Assembly: GCA_902384455.1 (NCBI GenBank)
Contig: CABMCB010000047.1
Location: forward strand, 1-37,561
DNA from: an uncultured archaeon
Lineage (GTDB): Archaea; Altiarchaeota; Altiarchaeia; IMC4; SCGC-AAA252-I15
DNA length: 37,561 bases
Direction: 5' to 3'
Position numbers and translations under genes: made by a program. The notes below the pieces were generated by a model. The model worked only from the letters and a program-made list of their open reading frames with translations. It had not been told where the DNA came from and ran no database searches. Below, piece by piece: positions 27,374 through 35,079 of the stretch (its first letter is position 1; each line of letters begins with the position of its first letter).

Positions 27374-28621
27374 ATGGATGTTTCTTTGTTGGGGGCGGCT
27401 CGTGAGGTTGGCAGGAGCGGTGTTCTTGTTTCTGTTGACGAAATGAATCTTCTTTTCGATTACGGCGTTAAGCTTGATACGCCTCCTTCTTTTCCTTTGA
27501 CTCCGTCTAAGGTTGACGCTTTGTTCTTAAGCCACGCGCACCTTGACCACTGCGGCATGGTTCCGTGGGCTTTTAGGGCGCTAGGATGCCACATCTTTTC
27601 CCTCAACGTTTCTTACCAGATGGGTCGGCTTCTTCAGGAGGATTTCGTCAAGATAAACAAGCTCAAGAAGATGGAGACGCCTTACGGCGAAGACGAAATC
27701 AAGGCGCAGGACCGAGGGTTTCAGGGGGTAAATTACGGGGAAGAGCATCATTTCGGGAACGTCAGATTCAGCTTCCACGACGCAGGCCACATTCCCGGGA
27801 GCGCGTCGGTTCTTGTCACCACAAAAAGCGGGCACTCAATCCTCTATAGCGGCGACGTGCAGACCGCAGATAGCCGGCTTCTTAAAGGATGCAGTCTGCC
27901 CCACGCAGACACCCTAATCCTAGAATCAACATACGGCGACCGCAACCACCCCGACAGGTCAGAAACGGTAAACCGCCTTATGGGCTCCATAAAAGAGACA
28001 TTGGACGGCGGAGGAATAGCCATGATGCCTGCGTTCGCGGTGGGGCGAACCCAAGAACTACTACTTCTGCTAAAAGACAGCGGATTCCCAGTCTACCTGG
28101 AAGGAATGGGCCAGGAAGTGACGCGCATAATCCTACAGTACCCTGAACTGCTGAAGAACGCAGGAGAACTGGAGGCGGCAGCAAACGGCGTCAGCTGGAT
28201 TGCTGACCCCCGGGGTCGCGAGGAAGTTCTTCATGAGCCGTGCGTTATTTTGACTACCGCTGGCATGCTTACTGGGGGCCCTATTATGTGGTATCTTGAG
28301 CGGCTGGGCGAGAGGCGCAACCACAGTATACTCCTTACCGGCTATCAGGTGGCTGGGACTAACGGCCGCATGCTTCTTGATGAGGGTTGTATTATTGGGG
28401 ATTCGGGTCAGCGTGTTCCCATAAGGTGTAAGGTGGAGTCGTTTGATTTGTCTGCGCATACCGACCAGGATGGGTTGCGTTCTATTGTCGATAAAGTGAA
28501 TCCGTCTAGGGTTATTTTGAATCACGGTGACCCGGAGGCGGTGGAGACTCTGTCCGGTCTTCTGCCGTCGGGCATTGAGGTTTTGGCGCCTTCGTTGGGT
28601 GAAATATTGAAGTTAGACTGA
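27374..28621 (+). CDS. Metallo-beta-lactamase / beta-CASP ribonuclease (aCPSF2-like, no KH domains)
   Basis: LGAAREVGRS, LSHAHLDHCG, AGHIPGS, LESTYG, PAFAVGRTQE, GYQ..GT.GR, SAHTD, NHGD. ATG at 27374 lies 23 nt after TTTAAAA. Confidence 0.92.
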   Translation: MDVSLLGAAREVGRSGVLVSVDEMNLLFDYGVKLDTPPSFPLTPSKVDALFLSHAHLDHCGMVPWAFRALGCHIFSLNVSYQMGRLLQEDFVKINKLKKMETPYGEDEIKAQDRGFQGVNYGEEHHFGNVRFSFHDAGHIPGSASVLVTTKSGHSILYSGDVQTADSRLLKGCSLPHADTLILESTYGDRNHPDRSETVNRLMGSIKETLDGGGIAMMPAFAVGRTQELLLLLKDSGFPVYLEGMGQEVTRIILQYPELLKNAGELEAAANGVSWIADPRGREEVLHEPCVILTTAGMLTGGPIMWYLERLGERRNHSILLTGYQVAGTNGRMLLDEGCIIGDSGQRVPIRCKVESFDLSAHTDQDGLRSIVDKVNPSRVILNHGDPEAVETLSGLLPSGIEVLAPSLGEILKLD

Positions 28622-28635
28622 AAAACCGGTTTTTT
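28621..28635 (+). terminator. Palindrome AAAAACCGGTTTTT with T-tract right after the beta-CASP stop
   Basis: Perfect 14-bp palindrome 28621-28634; oligo-T typical of archaeal terminators. Confidence 0.4.
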
Positions 28636-28680
28636 GTAGTTTTCTGGATTTTTTAACCCTCTCTCACTCCTAACTTACCT

Positions 28681-29727
28681 ATGGGGTCTCGGAAAAAGCA
28701 TCCTTCAGGCAGCCCGCCGTCATCTTCATCGGGAGCGAGGAAACCGTCTATTTATCACCCTAAACGCAGCCATTCCCTCACTTTGCCTACTGCGCCGGCG
28801 GTTTCCTCTGCTTCTAAAGTTCATCGTGAGCCCCATAAGCCCCATACTCCGGTTGAGCACCCCAAAAATGAAAAAGGCATGCACTCCGCCCACGTTGCAG
28901 CACATAAGCACTCCCAAAAGAAAAAGAACAAGCACCTGACTATAGTCGCCTTCCTATCCAGCGGATTCTTCCTTTTGCTTATAACATTCGGAGTGGTCGC
29001 AATAGCTGCCGGACTCATATTGTCCCATGATTCGCCACCTCTTACGGCCGTCTCAGCTACTACTCAGCCTACGATAATACCTCAGCAGGAGGTAGACACG
29101 TCAACCACTATCTCCCCCTACTTCGAGGAACCCACCACAGTGCCTGCTGCCCCGCAAACAACCCTTCCTAACGAGTCGGAGACGCCGTCCACGACGTCAA
29201 TGCCCGCGCCGACAACCACAACATTCACGACTACGACGCTCCCGGAAGTAGACCCTAATTCGACGGGCAACTGCACGGTCACGTCAAACGACACAACACA
29301 AGAGCAGCCTCCCGAGAAAATAGTCCTCAACGACGGGAGCATAATAAACATATACGACAACAGCAAAGGATTCTTCATCAACCTATTCAACACGATGCCT
29401 CAGGCCGCGACGTTCACGATGTCCGCGGAGACGAAAAACAACAAGTCCGTCGCAGTAGAGCCTTCAGTCGTGACCATAGAACCAAACGGCAACACAAGCA
29501 TATTCATCGACACCCGAGGAAACGTGTCAGCCAACACTGAACTGACCATTCACGCCAAAAGCTACGGGCTAGAATACGCAATCAAACTCCAGATAGTAAA
29601 ACACCCCGTAACCGACGGCGGACACGTAAACAGCGGAAGAGACGGATGCGGAGGATGGGCGCTGGGCGACACAAGCTGGCACAACGGCTACTACCAAAAC
29701 CCAATAGTGCAACAAGCAGGCGGATGA
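28681..29727 (+). CDS. Single-pass membrane protein: His/Lys/Ser-rich cytoplasmic tail, Thr/Pro stalk, Ig-like extracellular domain
   Basis: One TM helix after KKKNKH; TTT-rich linker; beta-rich C-terminus. Confidence 0.7.
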   Translation: MGSRKKHPSGSPPSSSSGARKPSIYHPKRSHSLTLPTAPAVSSASKVHREPHKPHTPVEHPKNEKGMHSAHVAAHKHSQKKKNKHLTIVAFLSSGFFLLLITFGVVAIAAGLILSHDSPPLTAVSATTQPTIIPQQEVDTSTTISPYFEEPTTVPAAPQTTLPNESETPSTTSMPAPTTTTFTTTTLPEVDPNSTGNCTVTSNDTTQEQPPEKIVLNDGSIINIYDNSKGFFINLFNTMPQAATFTMSAETKNNKSVAVEPSVVTIEPNGNTSIFIDTRGNVSANTELTIHAKSYGLEYAIKLQIVKHPVTDGGHVNSGRDGCGGWALGDTSWHNGYYQNPIVQQAGG

Positions 29728-29756
29728 CTTGTCTCGTCGGCCTTAGAACAGCGTTT

Positions 29757-30242
29757 TCAGACTATTTTTCCGCCCTGGTATTTTCCGGCGTATAGCGTCG
29801 TTGTTCCTTCGACTTTTTCGAATACGATTTGGGCTACGCGCGCGCCTCGTTCCAGAGTGAATTCGTGGGCGCACTCGTTCTTCAAACCCATTGTGAGCGT
29901 GCCCGTGAATCCGGGGTCCACGAGCGCGGTGTAAAGCATGCAACCGCACCTGAACAAGCTGCTTCTTGGCAGAATCCGGGCGGCAACGCCCGCAGGCATC
30001 TTAACGCTCTCAACAGACTCCACAAGGACGTATTCATCAGGCGCAAGAACCAGTTTGTCGCCAAAAATCTCCTCCACCTGAGGCGTCTTGCGCGAAGAAA
30101 CACCCAAAAAAGAGGAGGACTTAAGCCGGTAAAAGCGGCCTGCGCGCAAATCGTATCCTGAACCCCCCAAAGCCTTCTCGTCCCAGTCGGAAAGAAGGTT
30201 CTCATCCTTTATCAGACGCAGGATTTCAGAGCGTCCAAGCAT
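29757..30242 (-). CDS. dcd: Trimeric dUTPase / dCTP deaminase family protein
   Basis: GYDLR, PRSSLFRCG, VDPGFTGTL, RVAQIVF, YAGKYQG. dUTPase versus dCTP deaminase cannot be resolved by eye. Confidence 0.8.
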   Translation of the reverse strand: MLGRSEILRLIKDENLLSDWDEKALGGSGYDLRAGRFYRLKSSSFLGVSSRKTPQVEEIFGDKLVLAPDEYVLVESVESVKMPAGVAARILPRSSLFRCGCMLYTALVDPGFTGTLTMGLKNECAHEFTLERGARVAQIVFEKVEGTTTLYAGKYQGGKIV

Positions 30243-30277
30243 AAGAAAGTAATATACTCCCGTGCGTTAATAATAGG

Positions 30278-32458
30278 GTGATGTTTCACCGCACACTCAC
30301 CATAAGCGCATTACTCCTGCTTACGGCAGCGAGCATGCTGGCGGCAGCCGACAACTCTACGTCGGACTACAATCCTGAATACCTGCATTTCATGTTCCGC
30401 CATGAGACTAAGGAAGTCCTCTCCGGCATGGACGTCGCAGACCTTAAAGGCGACGGCAGAGGAGAAATACTATACGTAGACAGTCAGGAAGGCGCTGTTT
30501 TCGCGTTAGACGGAGCAGGCAAGCAACTGTGGGGCAAAAGCCTCGCAGGATACGTATTCGACGTTAAGGCGGCCGACATAAACGGCGACGGCATGAAGGA
30601 GGTTCTTGTTGGTTCGGGTTCTGACGTGAGCGTTTTCGGTGCTAACGGGGAGAATGGTAAGAAGTATTTGACTGGGATGGGGAATCAGGTTCATGACATT
30701 CAGGTTGCGGACTTGAATTCTGACGGAAAGGTCGACATAATCGCGTCGACGTATACTAAGACGGAGTCTGGGGCTTCTCAGTGTGAGCCGGGCATAGTGT
30801 TCGCATTCGACGGCGCAGACAACGCGGCGTCAAAGCGGCTGTGGTCTTACACGCTTAAGGGGAAGGATTATCCGTTGGCTGTCATCTCAGCGGATTTGGA
30901 GGGCGACGGCAAGACTGAAGTCGTCGTCGGAAGCATGAAGAGGACGTCTGACACCTCCAAGAAGGAGTGCAAGGACGCGCTCGACCAGCCTGCGGCGTTG
31001 GTTGTCATTAACGGCGACGGAACAGTCCGGTGGAACGCCACCACATTAGGCGGAGTGGTGAGCTTGTATGCCGCAGACATAAACGGCGACGGCAAGAAGG
31101 AAATAATGGTCGGATCATACCCATTCCTGACTGTTTACAGCTCAACCGGAGACGTACTGTGGAGCCGCGAAGGAGTCACATACATCTCAGACACAGTCGC
31201 ATACGACCTAAACGGAGACGGAAAAAGTGAAGTGCTCGCCGCAAGCAAAGACGTCAACGTCTACAACGTAGACAGCACTCCCATGTGGTCAGGCAAAACA
31301 GAAAACCGCGTATACACCCTTGCAGTAGCGGACCTGCACGGAAGCGGATACGGCGACGTACTAGCCGGAAGCAACCGCCTATACGTGTTCAGCAGAGACG
31401 GAACACTAATGTGGAAAGGCGACGACATGCGCACAATAGACTTCCTAAACGTATTCGACCTGGACGGAGACGGCCACCCCGAAGTCATAGTGGGCGGAAT
31501 AAAGAACATATCAGTTTACGGCAGCGGAGTTCTGATAGAGCGGGAGTCTGCGGCCGACTTTTATCATAAGGCGGAGCTTTTGTATCAGGATAATAATTTC
31601 ACCGGCGCTTATGAGCAGCTTCTTTTGGCTGAGGAGAAGTATCTGGCGCTTAAGGACCGTGACAGCATAGTCAAGGTCGCGGATTTGAAGAAGCTGGTTC
31701 AAAGCAAGCTCGGTCAGGTGGCGTCGCTTAAGATAGAGGGTGACGAGTTGGTGAGGAAGTCGAAGGAGGCTTATTTGACCGGCGACTTCGTGCAGGCGAT
31801 AAGGTATGCGGCTCAGGCCCGCGAAAAATACGCCACCCCCGACTACCGCGATGACGCTGGCGTTGCCAACAGCACCCGTCTTAGGGCGAGCGCCGAGGAG
31901 GCGCTTAGGCTTAATGCGTCTGAGTCAATGACGATTGCCGAGAATTTTCTTGCCAATAAATCCTATCAGCTTGCTTACGAGTCCGCAAGCGACGCCTACG
32001 ACGCTTACAACTTCCTGAATGAGAAGGAAGGTCTCGCCGTTGCCGACGCGTTGGTGAAGAAGGTTCTTTCTGAGGGCGGCAGGGCTGTTGACACTAGTAT
32101 GCGTGAAGGCAGGAACAGCGAGAATTCTACCGTCGACGCGGCGTCGCTGAGACTCAGGCTTGATGCCATCAAGGCAAGGGCCGAAGCTTTAGACCCCGTC
32201 ACAGTGGCGGTAGTTTTGGCTTTCGCCGTCTTCTTGACGGGGTTCCTCTCTATTGTCGCATTCAACCTAAGGTGGTTCTTAAGCAACAGGAAGAAGAAGC
32301 AGCTGCGCACAAAAGAAACCGCTGCAAGAGTCGCCGCAATAAAGGCCGCTGCCGACGGTAATATTCCGGTGGAGGAAGCGTCTTATCAGCCGGGCATCAG
32401 GCCTTTTTCAGAGCATCATGATGGTGTGCGTCTGCCTACGAAGAGGTTTAGGCGTTAG
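30278..32458 (+). CDS. Membrane-anchored FG-GAP/VCBS beta-propeller protein with helical stalk
   Basis: Signal peptide, about eight D(L/I)xGDGxxE(I/V) repeats, TPR-like helical region, C-terminal TM plus basic tail. Confidence 0.82.
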   Translation: MMFHRTLTISALLLLTAASMLAAADNSTSDYNPEYLHFMFRHETKEVLSGMDVADLKGDGRGEILYVDSQEGAVFALDGAGKQLWGKSLAGYVFDVKAADINGDGMKEVLVGSGSDVSVFGANGENGKKYLTGMGNQVHDIQVADLNSDGKVDIIASTYTKTESGASQCEPGIVFAFDGADNAASKRLWSYTLKGKDYPLAVISADLEGDGKTEVVVGSMKRTSDTSKKECKDALDQPAALVVINGDGTVRWNATTLGGVVSLYAADINGDGKKEIMVGSYPFLTVYSSTGDVLWSREGVTYISDTVAYDLNGDGKSEVLAASKDVNVYNVDSTPMWSGKTENRVYTLAVADLHGSGYGDVLAGSNRLYVFSRDGTLMWKGDDMRTIDFLNVFDLDGDGHPEVIVGGIKNISVYGSGVLIERESAADFYHKAELLYQDNNFTGAYEQLLLAEEKYLALKDRDSIVKVADLKKLVQSKLGQVASLKIEGDELVRKSKEAYLTGDFVQAIRYAAQAREKYATPDYRDDAGVANSTRLRASAEEALRLNASESMTIAENFLANKSYQLAYESASDAYDAYNFLNEKEGLAVADALVKKVLSEGGRAVDTSMREGRNSENSTVDAASLRLRLDAIKARAEALDPVTVAVVLAFAVFLTGFLSIVAFNLRWFLSNRKKKQLRTKETAARVAAIKAAADGNIPVEEASYQPGIRPFSEHHDGVRLPTKRFRR

Positions 32459-33687
32459 CGTTGGCCTCTTATTCCTCCTTGTCTTAGGCGTTGCACTTCG
32501 TTTTGCATTGAGCCTGGTATGTCAGGCGCGAGGTGTACTGTGTCTGGTGAGAGGCGTTCGGCTGTGATTTCCAGTTGGGGGTATAAGTCGCGGTTGGCTA
32601 GTAGTCTTTCGTGTATTCCTGCCTGCCATTTTCTTACGAGTGTGCCGTCGTCGAAGTTGAATTGTTGGGGTATGTTTCCGAATGGGAAGGGTATTCTTCC
32701 GCCTGGTGCGCCGGGCACTACGCCCCACTGGGAGTTTCTGCCTATGATTCCTTGGTCTGTCCACCTGCAGATTTTAGTGAGTGCCTGCTCTTCAAGCGCA
32801 AGTGTAAGCCCCAGCACCGTCCCGGCGTACTGGCGCATTTGAGGGTCGCGTATGGAGCGCACTCCTTCCGTGACTGCGTCGTAATCCGGTATGGGACTTA
32901 TCTCGAAGAAGACTATTCCTCCCTGCCGTCCTCCTTCCGGCTGCCTGAAGCCGAAGTTCATGCTGGGGTGCACTACGTTGAAACCTTTCATTCCGACTTC
33001 CATAAGGGCGTCCAAGAAGTCGGGCTCGTATTTCCCGTACATCTCGGACTCATAAGCGAACATCGCGGCATTAAAACGCTCCTGATCCGCCCTAATCCTA
33101 ACCATCCGCTCGTCGCTGGGCCCCAAAGTCCTGCCTTGCACCTGCCTGAGGGCGGCGTCAAGACGCATTCTCACCGGCTGCATCCTCCCGTAGGCTTCAA
33201 CCATAAGGCGCCTGTCTTCAGCTGGCACATTCACGTGCTCCATATAAAACCGGGGAAATGCGGGCAGGCCTTGTTCGTCAAGCGGCGGGTGCTCTTCATC
33301 GAAGAAAACTGGGCCTCCGGCGTTTGGCGCAAGAGGCCTGCTGCCGTTTATTTTCACTACGTGGCCTGTAAGAACTTCCGCGAGCAGATGTAGGCCTTGT
33401 AGTCTCAGCAGTCCTTCTGGGGCTACGAATCCGAAAGTGTCGCGTGCGCATTGCGCGAGATTTAGGGGTCCATTGGGTACTAATACGGTGGAGTACAGTT
33501 GGTTTGTGTGGAATTGTTTGGCTACCTGCGCAGTCGGCTCTTCTTCGCCGGGTCGTTTGGGGAAATGCTGTTGAGGTTCGAATGAGAAAGGAGTTTGCGA
33601 ATAGAATATGTCCGCCTCCTCCGCTGTCACAAGAAGGGAAAACCCCGGTGGCGGGGAGTTTCGGCCTAGAACATTGGGGACTTCCAT
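32455..33687 (-). CDS. Hypothetical protein, paralog of 33767-35017 (possible degenerate kinase-like fold)
   Basis: Aligns end to end with its neighbour. QVAKQF, FYMEHV, VVHPSMN, IVFFEI. Confidence 0.75.
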   Translation of the reverse strand: MEVPNVLGRNSPPPGFSLLVTAEEADIFYSQTPFSFEPQQHFPKRPGEEEPTAQVAKQFHTNQLYSTVLVPNGPLNLAQCARDTFGFVAPEGLLRLQGLHLLAEVLTGHVVKINGSRPLAPNAGGPVFFDEEHPPLDEQGLPAFPRFYMEHVNVPAEDRRLMVEAYGRMQPVRMRLDAALRQVQGRTLGPSDERMVRIRADQERFNAAMFAYESEMYGKYEPDFLDALMEVGMKGFNVVHPSMNFGFRQPEGGRQGGIVFFEISPIPDYDAVTEGVRSIRDPQMRQYAGTVLGLTLALEEQALTKICRWTDQGIIGRNSQWGVVPGAPGGRIPFPFGNIPQQFNFDDGTLVRKWQAGIHERLLANRDLYPQLEITAERLSPDTVHLAPDIPGSMQNEVQRLRQGGIRGQR

Positions 33688-33766
33688 GCTTTATTTTTAC
33701 GTTTGTTGGGGATAAATCTTGCATGGGGATCCTACTCCCGTTTTGGATTCGATGTTATGCGAGGTT

Positions 33767-35017
33767 TTATGACGCGTTTTTTATTTGGGTTATTTCGTCG
33801 GCGATTGTTTTATGGATGTTTGGTGCGAGCCGGATTTTATTGCTAGAGAGCGGTTCGTCGGTTACCTCCATATTCGGGTATAAGTCGCGGTTTTTCTGCA
33901 TTAAGTCGACGATTCCCGCATGCCACCGGCGGGTAAGCGTGCCGTCGTCGAAGTTGAACTTAACAGGCAAACTGCAAAGCGGATACGGTACCCTGCCAGT
34001 TTGCGCTCCATTCACCTGACCCCACATAGAATGCCTGCCTACAACTCCATTATCCACCCACCCTACTATCCTCTTGAGCGCCATCTCCTCAAGGCAAAGA
34101 GTAAGGCCTAAGACGTCGCCTGCGTATTTCCTCATCTCTTCGTCCTGCATTTTGCGGACGCAGTCTGCTATCTTCTGGTAGCTGGGCAGGGAGCTTATCT
34201 CAAAAAACACTACTTTACCTTCCTCGTTTTTAGTGGGCGGCCGCCACCTGAAGTTTAGTCCTGGGTGTACTACTCTGAATCCTTTTTCTCCGACTTCATT
34301 TAGTGCGCTAATTAGTTGCGGTTCGTATTTCCTGAACATTTCGGTTTCGTATTCCCTTCTGAGGCCGTTAATTTTTTCCTGTGTACTAATGATTTCCTTC
34401 ATCAGTGGGTCGTCGGAGTCAATCACTTTGTTGTGTGCTCTTCTGAATAGTCCGTCAAGTCGGGTTCTCTCTTTGTTGGAGTGTGTGTAGTATTTGACGA
34501 GCAAATCCGAGTCTTCGGCGGGGGCCTCAATATATTCGGAGTAGATATGGGGGTAGTATGGTTTTCCTGTTGAATCAAGGGGCGGATTGTTTTTATTGAA
34601 AAATGTTGGGCCGTCTGTGTTTTCCGGTAGGGGTCTGCTCCCTTTGATTTTGACTATGTGGTTTGTTAGTGCGTCGGCGAGCAGGTGTATGCCTTGGCGT
34701 CTTAGTAGTCCTTCTGGGGCTACGAATCCGAAGAGGTCTCGTGAGCACTGCATTAGGTGCATGGGGTGTTGTTTTGTTTGGTGTTTGTCGTGGTTTTGGG
34801 TTTTTAGTGTGATGTTTCCCAGCCGGTATTGTTCGTTGGTGTGGAATTGTTTGATCACTTGTGCTGTTGGAGGTTCGTTTGGGTGGGGTGGATAGAATTG
34901 TTTTTGCTTTACTGTGAACGGCGTTTGCGATAGTATTACGTCGGCTTCTTCTGCGGACACTATGAGAGAAAATACGGGGGGGAGGGACTCTTTGTTGAAC
35001 GTGTGCGGGACGTCCAT
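33767..35017 (-). CDS. Hypothetical protein, paralog of 32455-33687
   Basis: QVIKQF, IYSEYI, VVHPGLN, VVFFEI, FNFDDGTL.R.W.AG. Confidence 0.75.
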   Translation of the reverse strand: MDVPHTFNKESLPPVFSLIVSAEEADVILSQTPFTVKQKQFYPPHPNEPPTAQVIKQFHTNEQYRLGNITLKTQNHDKHQTKQHPMHLMQCSRDLFGFVAPEGLLRRQGIHLLADALTNHIVKIKGSRPLPENTDGPTFFNKNNPPLDSTGKPYYPHIYSEYIEAPAEDSDLLVKYYTHSNKERTRLDGLFRRAHNKVIDSDDPLMKEIISTQEKINGLRREYETEMFRKYEPQLISALNEVGEKGFRVVHPGLNFRWRPPTKNEEGKVVFFEISSLPSYQKIADCVRKMQDEEMRKYAGDVLGLTLCLEEMALKRIVGWVDNGVVGRHSMWGQVNGAQTGRVPYPLCSLPVKFNFDDGTLTRRWHAGIVDLMQKNRDLYPNMEVTDEPLSSNKIRLAPNIHKTIADEITQIKNAS

Positions 35018-35079
35018 CAGTTTAAACTGGGTGGCCTAAGAATATATTTTCGCGCAGTAAGTCGCAGTTTAGGGGGCGC

